The position numbers and the translations under genes were made by a program. A stretch of DNA of 19,412 bases from Gemmatimonadaceae bacterium. GTDB lineage: Bacteria > Gemmatimonadota > Gemmatimonadetes > Gemmatimonadales > Gemmatimonadaceae. The notes beneath the pieces were generated by a model, which was given only the letters and a program-made list of their open reading frames with translations, made no database searches and was not told the DNA's origin. How positions within the stretch are numbered: the first letter of the stretch is position 1; the number at the start of each line of letters is the position of its first letter. The stretch covers positions 1 through 19,412 of the forward strand of contig JBHYGA010000011.1 of the NCBI GenBank assembly GCA_051859245.1, read 5' to 3'. Positions 9,480 through 17,835 of the stretch are shown here, piece after piece.

Positions 9480-10219
9480 GCCGCCGATTCGAGTGTCGAG
9501 CGGCCTTCAATAAACTGACGCACCACCGGATCGGTGGAGTGCTGAATCTCGTCCACCGTGCCCACCTGACGCACCGTGCCTTCATACAGCATCGCGATGC
9601 GTGTGCCCACGCGGTACGCGCTGCGCATGTCGTGCGTAATCACAATGCCGGTGACGCCCAGCGTGTCGCGCATGCGAACCATCAGCTCGTCGATCACCGC
9701 CGACGTCACTGGATCAAGGCCAGTCGTGGGTTCGTCGTACAGGATGTACTTGGGGCGCAGCGCCACGGCGCGCGCGATACCAACACGTTTGCGCATACCG
9801 CCCGACAACTCGGCCGGAAACCGGTGCGCCACATCTTCGAGATCCACGAGCGCCAGCGATTCTTCCACGCGCTTGTCGATTTCTGCTTTGCTCAACTCAC
9901 CTTGTTTACGCAGCCCCATGGCCACGTTCTCGCCAATGGAGAGCGAATCGAACAGCGCCGCAAACTGGAACACATAGCCGATCTTTGAACGCAGCTTCAC
10001 GAGTTCACGACGCGGCAGCGTATCCACGCGCACGCTGTCCACCCACACTTCACCAGCGTCTGGTTCCAGCAGGCCGACGATGTGCTTGATGGCCACCGAC
10101 TTGCCGGTGCCCGAGAAGCCAATGATCACCATGGTCTCGCCCTCTTTGACATCGAGGGAGAAACCCTGGAGCACTTTCTTCTCACCAAACGCTTTGTAAA
10201 CGTCTTTCAGCTGGATCAT
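9476..10219 (-). CDS. mlaF: ABC transporter ATP-binding protein, MlaF/Ttg2A-like
   Basis: GFSGTGKS Walker A, GYVFQFAALFDSL, ELSGGMRKRVGIARA and LYDEPTTGLDPVTS motifs. Confidence 0.88.
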   Translation of the reverse strand: MIQLKDVYKAFGEKKVLQGFSLDVKEGETMVIIGFSGTGKSVAIKHIVGLLEPDAGEVWVDSVRVDTLPRRELVKLRSKIGYVFQFAALFDSLSIGENVAMGLRKQGELSKAEIDKRVEESLALVDLEDVAHRFPAELSGGMRKRVGIARAVALRPKYILYDEPTTGLDPVTSAVIDELMVRMRDTLGVTGIVITHDMRSAYRVGTRIAMLYEGTVRQVGTVDEIQHSTDPVVRQFIEGRSTLESAA

Positions 10220-10305
10220 GGTCTGGGACGGGGAGGATCACGAATATGTCGTCGGAATCACGCTGCCACCAGCACCCGGGTGCGGTCAAGAGCGTGCCGA
10301 TGCAA

Positions 10306-10338
10306 CAGCGCCCGCGATCGTGATGATCGCGGGCGCTG
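10306..10338 (-). terminator. Perfect 14-bp hairpin just downstream of the sigma factor stop
   Basis: CAGCGCCCGCGATC gtgat GATCGCGGGCGCTG. Weak U-tract, so it may be a stability or attenuating hairpin. Confidence 0.55.
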
Positions 10339-10344
10339 GAGTGA

Positions 10345-11235
10345 TCAGGCGGCAAAGCTGCCGAGTGCTCGTCCGACGTCGCCTTCGCGCAGTCGCTTAA
10401 GCGCACGATCGCGCAACTGTCGCACGCGTTCGCGTGTGACGCCGAGCATGGAACCGATTTCTTCGAGCGTATGCTCGCGTCCGCCTTCGAGACCAAAGTA
10501 GAGACGCAACACTTTGGCATCACGCGGTGGCAACGTGGACAGCGCCGATTCGATTTCATCGGTGAGGAAGCGGTTCATGGCTTCTTCTTCGGCGTCGGGC
10601 ATTTCGTCGGCCACGAAGCGTTCGATCAGCGAACGATCGCCGTCTGGATCCATGGGAGCATCAAGACGCACATCGCCGGTGTTGAGCGCGGCGAGTGACT
10701 GCACAACGTCAACCGACAGACCCGTAACCTGCGACAACTCTTCCGGCGACGGCTCGCGACGCAACTTCTGACGCAGAATTTCCGACGCCTTGATGATGCG
10801 CGACAGATCGGCGGTACGATTGAGCGGCACACGTACCGTACGGCCCTGACGTGCGAGCGACGAGAGAATCGCCTGACGAATCCACCACACGGCGTACGAG
10901 ATGAACTTGACGCCCTGATCGGGATCGAACTTTCGTGCGGCCGTGAGCAGGCCAACGTTGCCTTCGCCGATCAGATCGATCAGCGGCAGACCACGATTCT
11001 GATATTTTTTGGCGACGGAAATGACGAATCGCAGGTTGCGCTTGACGAGCTCCTGCAGCGCATCCTGATCACCGGCGCGGATTTTTTTCGCGAGCTCGAT
11101 TTCTTCCGCGCCCTTGAGGAGCGGATACGTGCTCACTTCGTAGAGGTACTGGTCGAGGATGTCGCGCTCGGGCTCGGAGGGTGCAATCCCCGCCGGGGCT
11201 GCACGACGCCGTTTCCGCTTGACCTCAGTTGTCAT
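10345..11235 (-). CDS. RNA polymerase sigma-70 factor, RpoD/SigA-like, lacking region 1.1
   Basis: Region 1.2 DQYLYEVSTYPLL, region 2 NLRFVISVAKKYQNRGL...SYAVWWIRQAI, region 4 TLEEIGSMLGVTRERVRQL. Only 296 aa. Confidence 0.95.
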   Translation of the reverse strand: MTTEVKRKRRRAAPAGIAPSEPERDILDQYLYEVSTYPLLKGAEEIELAKKIRAGDQDALQELVKRNLRFVISVAKKYQNRGLPLIDLIGEGNVGLLTAARKFDPDQGVKFISYAVWWIRQAILSSLARQGRTVRVPLNRTADLSRIIKASEILRQKLRREPSPEELSQVTGLSVDVVQSLAALNTGDVRLDAPMDPDGDRSLIERFVADEMPDAEEEAMNRFLTDEIESALSTLPPRDAKVLRLYFGLEGGREHTLEEIGSMLGVTRERVRQLRDRALKRLREGDVGRALGSFAA

Positions 11236-11446
11236 GGTCTATTCCTGTAGACGCTGTCTGCGCCAGTCCGAATGAATCAGAAGAACTCACCTTCACATAT
11301 CCCGGAGGCAACGCGCCAGCCGGTCTCATCGCTGAGTTTTCGGCGGCGGCGGAGGCGATCCGGGGCCAGCCCATCAAGATACCGTTTCGTGACCAATGCG
11401 CCAGTCTTTGAAAGTGCGGTCAATCGGACAATCGCAGTCACGTCGC

Positions 11447-11475
11447 TTGACGACTGACATACACCCTGCTACTCT
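11447..11475 (+). promoter_or_regulatory. Sigma-70 promoter of the tRNA operon
   Basis: TTGACG (11447-11452), 17-nt spacer, TACTCT (11470-11475); ~50 nt upstream of tRNA-Ala. Confidence 0.7.
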
Positions 11476-11527
11476 TCGCGGTTCCTGACGCCCTCGCTGC
11501 CATTCGTGGTGGCGGGGGTGTCGCGCC

Positions 11528-11600
<73 letters not shown>

Positions 11601-11682
11601 TGCCGCTGGGATGAAGAGCGGGTAGCGCTTGAATCTCACGGTTTGGCCCTGCGGCAGTTTGGGGTTGTAGATCAGGAAATGT

Positions 11683-11755
11683 GCGGGAATAGCTCAGTTG
11701 GTAGAGCACAACCTTGCCAAGGTTGGGGTCGCGGGTTCGAGTCCCGTTTCCCGCT
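11683..11755 (+). tRNA. tRNA-Gly(GCC)
   Basis: Acceptor GCGGGAA/TTCCCGC, anticodon arm CAACC-TTGCCAA-GGTTG, discriminator U. Confidence 0.97.
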
Positions 11756-11821
11756 CTCTTTTTGACCGTAGTGCAGCGCCCCAACCCGGCGAACGGTGTT
11801 CGTCGGGTTGGTCATGTGACC

Positions 11822-11895
11822 GGGTCGTTAGCTCAGTTGGTTAGAGCGCCACGTTGACATCGTGGAGGTCACAAGTTCGAGTCTTGTACGACCCA
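11822..11895 (+). tRNA. tRNA-Val(GAC)
   Basis: Acceptor GGGTCGT/ACGACCC, anticodon arm CCACG-TTGACAT-CGTGG. Confidence 0.97.
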
Positions 11896-11992
11896 TGCAC
11901 GAACGTTTCTGGCCTCTGGCGAGACGCACTTTTGCTCGTTATGTTGCCATGCTCGACTGGTTTGGCGTTCGCGTCCGGCCACCGAGGGTTTT

Positions 11993-12066
11993 GCGCCCGT
12001 AGCTCAATTGGATAGAGCATCTGACTACGGATCAGAAGGTTAGAGGTTCGAGTCCTCTCGGGCGCA
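11993..12066 (+). tRNA. tRNA-Arg(ACG)
   Basis: Acceptor GCGCCCG/CGGGCGC, anticodon arm TCTGA-CTACGGA-TCAGA. Confidence 0.97.
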
Positions 12067-12106
12067 CTGATAGATCAGCTCACACAGTGTGAGTTGCGCG
12101 GTTCCT

Positions 12107-12182
<76 letters not shown>

Positions 12183-12197
12183 AACCGCACGAACTGT

Positions 12198-12235
12198 AAA
12201 ACGGCGGAAGACAACGAGTCTTCCGCCGTTTTTTT
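12198..12235 (+). terminator. Rho-independent terminator of the tRNA operon (possibly bidirectional)
   Basis: AAAACGGCGGAAGAC aacga GTCTTCCGCCGTTTTTTT. Confidence 0.9.
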
Positions 12236-12237
12236 GT

Positions 12238-12483
12238 TTTTGCAGTTCCCGATTCGGTCATTCGGCCGAGTGGCGGGAGCCCACGGCCTTCTGGCCATTC
12301 GGCCTCTCTTTTTCGTACGACGGCACCGAGCACGAATGCTGATTGCGGTTCTCACCGATACCCCGTCGAGGTCAACAACGGATGTGTGCTCGGTGCAACC
12401 TTTCGAAACTGCGAGGCCGAATGGCCAAAAGGCCCTAGGCTCCCGCCACTCGGCCAAATGACCGAATCAGGAACAGCAAAAGC
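12238..12483. repeat. Complete palindromic element (copy 3), inverted relative to copy 2; 56-nt centre; degenerate AACAGC-AAAAGC tail
   Basis: Left arm 12242-12331 pairs with right arm 12388-12477. The reverse complement of its right inner arm (GGCCTCGCAGTTTCGAAAGGTTGCAC) matches the copy 2 left inner arm (GGCCTCGCATTTTCGGAAGGTTGCAC). Confidence 0.95.
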
Positions 12484-12484
12484 A

Positions 12485-12519
12485 AAAGCCCCCGCACTGC
12501 AACGCAGTGCGGGGGCTTT
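12485..12519 (-). terminator. Rho-independent terminator of susC/susD
   Basis: AAAGCCCCCGCACTGC aac GCAGTGCGGGGGCTTT; reads into TTTTGCTTTT on the minus strand; 13 nt after the susD-like stop. Confidence 0.88.
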
Positions 12520-12532
12520 CGTCGTCAACCGC

Positions 12533-14128
12533 TTACGAACACCGCGGCAAATTCACCGGACACCGTTCCGGATCCGGCGCCGGCGCACTGGCTGCACCAC
12601 CGGGTCCGCCAAAGGTGTAATTCTCCAGCAGCAGCGTGGCCAACTCACGGCCAGGAATCGGGAGATGCACGAACGTATTCTCCGGCAGCGTCTGCCAGCC
12701 GCGTGCATCCATGAACGCCGTGACGCCGTTCACGCCCAGCATCTCAATCCCCTTCTCGTAGCGCAGCGCATCCCAGAGGCTGCCGCACGTGCCGTTGAGC
12801 TTGCGTGGCACGCAGCCAGCTTCATTCGGCGGGCCATCGATCGTGACGGCCGGCAGCTTGCCATTGGCAACACGCGAGCGATTGATCAGCGGCACTGCTT
12901 CTGCAGCACGATTCAGGCGAATCAGTGCTTCCGCCTTGATCAGATCCATTTCGGTGGTCGTAATCGCCAGCTGCGGCCCCGCCTGCCACGTGAGTCCGGT
13001 GCCGTTGCGGCCATAGAAATACCACGAGTAGCGCCACGTACCGCGACTCGCCACAAAAATGTTGTTCAGGTTGTAACCAACATATGAACCCGGCGACGCC
13101 GGCCCGGCATCACCCTGAATTCGGCGATCCTTGGTCCGCATCTGAAAGGCCGCGCGGCTCTGCAGCGGTGTTGCAAGCCAGTTGCGATAGCCTTCCGTTG
13201 AATCGGCCGCGCCGAGCAGGAAATAACTCGGACGACCGAAGTCGCTGGGACGACCAGCGGTGCGCAAACGCGCCACCAGCCGCTTCCAATCATCAAAGAA
13301 AATGTCGGGCTGCGCGATCGGCGCGAAGTCGGTCTGGATGCCAGCGTCAACACGACGAATCACCTCGGCCCAATCCACCGCCGCACGTTCCGCACGTGAG
13401 CGCGCGCCATACACCATCAAGCGCGCAGCGTACGAGTTGATCACGCGTACGAACTGGTCACGCGTGAGCGCCGTAAACAGCCACGATTCCGCCGGCAACG
13501 TAAAGTTGGCCGTGCCTGCTGCCGCAATCGCGCCGTCGAGCTGTGAAATCGCAGCATCGATCATTCCATCATACGGCGTGAACTCCGGGTTCGCCGTAAT
13601 GGCGACGAGATCGGTGTTCTCGTCCACGACGATGCCCTTGTCGTAGTACAAACCGAGGTATCCGTGCGACACGCCCTGAATGAACTTCGCCACGGACTTC
13701 GCGCGTGCGGTCCGCGTTGCATCAACAATCACGAGGCCATCATCAATGGCCACGAGTGCGTCGTTGACGCTCGAGATCGTGCGATACAAACCGTACCACG
13801 GCGTTTCTGCCACGGCACGGCGCGCATTGACCGGACTGTTGTTCCAGGCCACGCGCGGCAGGTCTGACACTTCAAGCTGGCCGAAATCGGCAAAGCCTGA
13901 CGTGATTTCCTGCGCCATCGTGGCGAACGCCCACGATGGATAATCGTCGTGACCAGACACTGGCCAGAACGTGCGGAAGGACGAGGCCACAAACGATTCC
14001 GTTGACACTGGCTGCTGTGTCGCACGTTCACGGTCGGGCAGGTTGGGATTCGCGACGTCGAGGTCCTGACAGCCAGCCAGCAGCAGTCCAGCACCTGCGA
14101 GCGTCAATGTGCGCATGAGAGTAGTCAT
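12533..14128 (-). CDS. RagB/SusD-family outer-membrane lipoprotein
   Basis: Lipobox LLLAG-C followed by DLDVANPN; EMDLIKAEALIRLN...AVPLINRSR and ALRYEKGIEM motifs; directly downstream of a SusC-like gene. Confidence 0.9.
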   Translation of the reverse strand: MTTLMRTLTLAGAGLLLAGCQDLDVANPNLPDRERATQQPVSTESFVASSFRTFWPVSGHDDYPSWAFATMAQEITSGFADFGQLEVSDLPRVAWNNSPVNARRAVAETPWYGLYRTISSVNDALVAIDDGLVIVDATRTARAKSVAKFIQGVSHGYLGLYYDKGIVVDENTDLVAITANPEFTPYDGMIDAAISQLDGAIAAAGTANFTLPAESWLFTALTRDQFVRVINSYAARLMVYGARSRAERAAVDWAEVIRRVDAGIQTDFAPIAQPDIFFDDWKRLVARLRTAGRPSDFGRPSYFLLGAADSTEGYRNWLATPLQSRAAFQMRTKDRRIQGDAGPASPGSYVGYNLNNIFVASRGTWRYSWYFYGRNGTGLTWQAGPQLAITTTEMDLIKAEALIRLNRAAEAVPLINRSRVANGKLPAVTIDGPPNEAGCVPRKLNGTCGSLWDALRYEKGIEMLGVNGVTAFMDARGWQTLPENTFVHLPIPGRELATLLLENYTFGGPGGAASAPAPDPERCPVNLPRCS

Positions 14129-14143
14129 GTTATCAGCGCTCGC

Positions 14144-17100
14144 TCAGAAAGTGATCTCAACACTACCCGTGAACGTGCGGTAGCGAGGATAGTCGAAGCT
14201 GTCGAGACGGTTGATCACGCTGCCAACTTCCGGGTCGTAGCCCTTGTAGTCAGTGAACGTGAGCAGGTTGCGTCCGATCAGAGAGAATGACGCGCCGCTC
14301 GCGCCGAGGCGGGCAAGCGGTGCGGCCCAGCGCGTGGGCAGCCGATACTTGACCGACAGTTCGCGCAGCTTCACAAAGCCTGCATCTTCCACGAAATAAT
14401 CCGTCGGGCTGTTGGCCGCGTACAGATTCACGTAGTACTCGATTGGCTTCTTGAGTTCCTGCGGCTTGCCAGTCTGGTCCACATCACTGCTGCGTCCGTA
14501 CTGATACATGCGCTGATTGGTCTGGTTGTACGCGTTGCCACCAACCTGCGCGTCCCACAACATGAACACGCTGATGCCGCCCCAGTTCACGTTGTTCGAA
14601 ATACCAAAACGGAAATCAGGATTGCCATCACCAATGCGCGTGACCGCGGCACTGCCGGTGGAATCGCGCGCCGTAATCGGCATGCCCCACAGGTAGCTGT
14701 TCGCGCCAATGGGAACCGCGGGCGAGCCCCACAGGCGCTTGCTCTCACCTTCGGTGTAGCTGTTGCCGGCACCAACGTACACGAGCAGTCCTTCGTCGTT
14801 CACGGCGAACTCACCGGCGCGCGCTGCGGCATCAGCCGGCAGTTCACTCGCGTCCTTGATGAAACGGAAGCCGTACATCGCACCGAGCGTTTCGCCAGCG
14901 CAACGGAACAGAATCGTTCCGGTGGAGAAGCAGCTGCGGTTGAACTCAGTGATCTTGTTGCGTGAACGATCCGCCACAACACCCAGGCGCCAGCTGAAGT
15001 TGGCACCTTTCACGATATCGGCTTCAATCGTGCCTTCGAGCGTATTGCCCGTGACCGTGCCCGCGTTCTGCCACTGATTGGCGAAACCGAGATAGCCAGC
15101 GAGCGGAATCAGAATGAGCTGATCGGTGGTGGTTTGCGTGGCGTACGAGAGCTGCACCGACACACGATCCTTGATGATCGCATCAATGCCGTACTCCGTT
15201 TCCTTTGATTCTTCTGGCTTGAGCAAACGGTTGCCGAGATTCTGCTTCACGACACCGCCACCCTGGCTGAACGTGAACGTCTCGTACTGATCGTCGAAAT
15301 CCGGTCGCGTACCGGCGGTACCCTGCGACGCACGCAGCTTGAACTCATTGATCGACGCAAACGGCCACCACTCTTCCTGTGACAGGCGATAGGCGCCGCT
15401 CACTCGGTAGTACCAGTTCTCCTGCTCGTCCGCGCCGAACAGCGAGCTGCCGTCAAGGCGACGCAGTGCGTCCACAATGATCTTGCCATTGTAGTCGGCC
15501 GCCACGCTGCCGATGTAGCTATTCGTACGAACGATCTGTGTGCTCGATGAGACAAACCGCGACTGCGCGTTGTCGAGACTCTTCACACCGGGCGTCGCGA
15601 GCACTTCGCCTTCGGCGGTCGTGAGTTCATTTGTTTCGCGCTCCAGCAACGCACGCGCGGTGCCGCGCAGCGTGAACGCACCGACACGCTTGAGTACGTT
15701 CGCGCTGCCCCACGCATTGATCGCTTCCGTGGTACCGGTGAACTGCGAAATTTCACCCGGACCACCTTCACCGAATCCTTCGGTCTTCACGCCCGCGTCA
15801 AGGAACGTATTGGTGCGACGATCCGAGCGGTCGTAGCTGAGATTCATGTCGAAGTTCAACCAGCTCGCCGCGTTGTACCGGGCCACAATGCCGCCCTGCG
15901 TACGAGCGCGCTTGCGCTGATTCTCTTCCGTAGCCAACACATACAGCGGGTTCTCTTCGCGACCTTCTGGATCAAGCTGGAACGCGTACGGCGTACCATC
16001 GGGATCTGGCGTACGCAGATCAATATCCGGCGCCTGATTGATCAGGTCGAAGAACGTGTCGCCGTAAAGATTCTGGCGCTCCGAGCGGCTGTGAAACGCG
16101 CTGAAGCTGAGCGACAGCTTGTCGGTGGGACGATGATCAAGATTGAGACGGAAGTCATTCTGGTCGTAGCGACCGCTGTTGAGCACCACACCGTCTTCAC
16201 GCTGGTTCACGTACGAGAAGAACCAGTTTGTTTTGCCGCCATTCTGCGCAATGTTCAGCGAATTGCGAATGAAGTTGCCTGGATCAAAAAACCGATCAAC
16301 CTGATCGAATACCTGATCCGGATACTTCTGATCCTGGAAGCGCTCGTACACCGGGCGTGGCACACGTGTGTTCCGATCAACAACGGCGCCGGCAGCATTC
16401 ACGTACTGCCCGGCGTCGTTCAGCAGGAAGGAATGCGACTGCGCCCATTTGACCGGCGCGTTCAGCGAGTTGGATCCGTATTCGGAGCGCACCGAAAAAC
16501 GCGTTTCGCCCTCGGCCAGCCCCGAACCACGACGCGTGGTGATCTGGATAACACCAGACGCCGCGCGCGCACCGTACAGTGACGCGGCGGCGGCACCTTT
16601 CACCACTTCCACGCTCTCAATATCCATGCTCTGCAGATCAGCGCTCGCCGCACCGAAGGCTTCGGTCTGAATCACACCGTCCACAACAATGAGTGGCGAG
16701 TTCGACTTGTTGATACTCGTTGGTGTGCGCAATACGATGTTCGTACCGCCGCCGGCCTGTCCCGACGGGACAACAGACACTCCGGCAATTTTGCCCTGGA
16801 TTGTTTCGAGCGCGTTCGTGGCCGGTACCGGCGCGTTTTCTGCCGTCACACGACCAACCGTAAACGGCACACGCGTGCCCGACGCCGGATCGACAACACC
16901 GGTCGTCACCATCGCTTGCAAACTGAGTCCGGCCGCCGCCATCGCCAGATCGCGCGTGGTTGTCGCACCAGCGGTTACCGCAACATTCGTGCGGCTGAGT
17001 GGGCGATAACCAAGTCGACGCAACTCGATCGTGTACGTGCCAACAGGAACAGCGGGAAATGCATACCGACCCGATTCATCACTGCGTGCTTCCAGCTGCG

Positions 17101-17359
17101 TGCCGGTGCGCACGCCCGCAGGATTGAGCGTGAGCGTGACACCAATGATGGGCAAACTGGTGGCCGAATCCGTAACAACACCGGACACGCGTCCGGTTTG
17201 GGCCTGCGCGTTCGCTGACGCAAAGGCAGGGAGTGCAACGACACAGGCGGTGACGAGCGACCGGACCAGCAGCGCCACCCGACGTTGTGCAAACCGCTGC
17301 ATCAACGTGCGAGGAGACGAGGTGACCGATAGATGGTCAGCACAAGGGCTAACGATCAT
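14144..17359 (-). CDS. SusC/RagA-family TonB-dependent outer-membrane transporter
   Basis: Carboxypeptidase-regulatory-like N-domain (GRVSGVVTDS), plug motif PLIVVDGV...DIESVEVVKGAAAASLYGARAASGVIQITT, C-terminal GYDPE...YPRYRTFTGSVEITF. GGAGG Shine-Dalgarno 4 nt before ATG 17359. Confidence 0.95.
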   Translation of the reverse strand: MIVSPCADHLSVTSSPRTLMQRFAQRRVALLVRSLVTACVVALPAFASANAQAQTGRVSGVVTDSATSLPIIGVTLTLNPAGVRTGTQLEARSDESGRYAFPAVPVGTYTIELRRLGYRPLSRTNVAVTAGATTTRDLAMAAAGLSLQAMVTTGVVDPASGTRVPFTVGRVTAENAPVPATNALETIQGKIAGVSVVPSGQAGGGTNIVLRTPTSINKSNSPLIVVDGVIQTEAFGAASADLQSMDIESVEVVKGAAAASLYGARAASGVIQITTRRGSGLAEGETRFSVRSEYGSNSLNAPVKWAQSHSFLLNDAGQYVNAAGAVVDRNTRVPRPVYERFQDQKYPDQVFDQVDRFFDPGNFIRNSLNIAQNGGKTNWFFSYVNQREDGVVLNSGRYDQNDFRLNLDHRPTDKLSLSFSAFHSRSERQNLYGDTFFDLINQAPDIDLRTPDPDGTPYAFQLDPEGREENPLYVLATEENQRKRARTQGGIVARYNAASWLNFDMNLSYDRSDRRTNTFLDAGVKTEGFGEGGPGEISQFTGTTEAINAWGSANVLKRVGAFTLRGTARALLERETNELTTAEGEVLATPGVKSLDNAQSRFVSSSTQIVRTNSYIGSVAADYNGKIIVDALRRLDGSSLFGADEQENWYYRVSGAYRLSQEEWWPFASINEFKLRASQGTAGTRPDFDDQYETFTFSQGGGVVKQNLGNRLLKPEESKETEYGIDAIIKDRVSVQLSYATQTTTDQLILIPLAGYLGFANQWQNAGTVTGNTLEGTIEADIVKGANFSWRLGVVADRSRNKITEFNRSCFSTGTILFRCAGETLGAMYGFRFIKDASELPADAAARAGEFAVNDEGLLVYVGAGNSYTEGESKRLWGSPAVPIGANSYLWGMPITARDSTGSAAVTRIGDGNPDFRFGISNNVNWGGISVFMLWDAQVGGNAYNQTNQRMYQYGRSSDVDQTGKPQELKKPIEYYVNLYAANSPTDYFVEDAGFVKLRELSVKYRLPTRWAAPLARLGASGASFSLIGRNLLTFTDYKGYDPEVGSVINRLDSFDYPRYRTFTGSVEITF

Positions 17360-17420
17360 GGTTCCTCCGAAGGGAGAGAGCGCGGGGGAGTGAAGGAAAC
17401 GGCGAGGTTCATGCAACTGG

Positions 17421-17460
17421 AAAACACAACCCCGCCCGGAGCATGGCTCAGAGCGGGGTC
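17421..17460 (-). terminator. Terminator-like hairpin upstream of susC
   Basis: Minus strand reads GACCCCGCTC-T-GAGC cat GCTC-C-GGGCGGGGTT followed by GTGTTTT. Confidence 0.5.
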
Positions 17461-17504
17461 TTCACACAACACGGGATCGGCAGCCGATGACTACGCGATT
17501 GCCG

Positions 17505-17705
17505 TCAGGACTTGATGTTCTTGAACGCCTGCGGGCCGGCAAAGATATCGCGGCAAAACAGCGCCACGGGAATCAGTACAACGGCCAACTGTCCGAATGG
17601 TCCAATCGCTACAATCACACCGAAGATTGCCGACATCACACTCAGCACCAGCTGCGCGAACGAGAGCAACAGCGAGGGATCCACGGGATAGTCAAAGAAT
17701 GGCAT
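17505..17705 (-). CDS. Small hypothetical membrane protein (66 aa, about two TM segments)
   Basis: ATG 17705 gives MPFFDYPVDPSLLLSFAQLVLSVMSAIFGVIVAIGPFGQLAVVLIPVALFC...; same strand as both neighbours. Confidence 0.5.
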   Translation of the reverse strand: MPFFDYPVDPSLLLSFAQLVLSVMSAIFGVIVAIGPFGQLAVVLIPVALFCRDIFAGPQAFKNIKS

Positions 17706-17835
17706 GCGAGGCTCGTGAAAAGGCTCTGATGTGCGGACCGGAAGCACGCCGCACGTCGATTCCCCAGCATACGTGAGCGGGTGGCCGCTTGCAAGTGCGC
17801 TGGGCCCAAGCTCTCATAGCTGCTCCCAGCCTACG

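Noticed and set aside
8867..9988. Alternative-frame ORFs with RT, FV/FA, RV or RSCS repeats
   Set aside because: They are shadow frames of the hexamer repeat inside the NUDIX and mlaF genes.
12238..12483. Repeat as an integron attC site (long imperfect palindrome after stop codons)
   Set aside because: The ends read GTT...AAC, the reverse of the attC RYYYAAC...GTTRRRY arrangement. The element is longer than typical attC sites, its neighbours are housekeeping genes, and no integrase is present.
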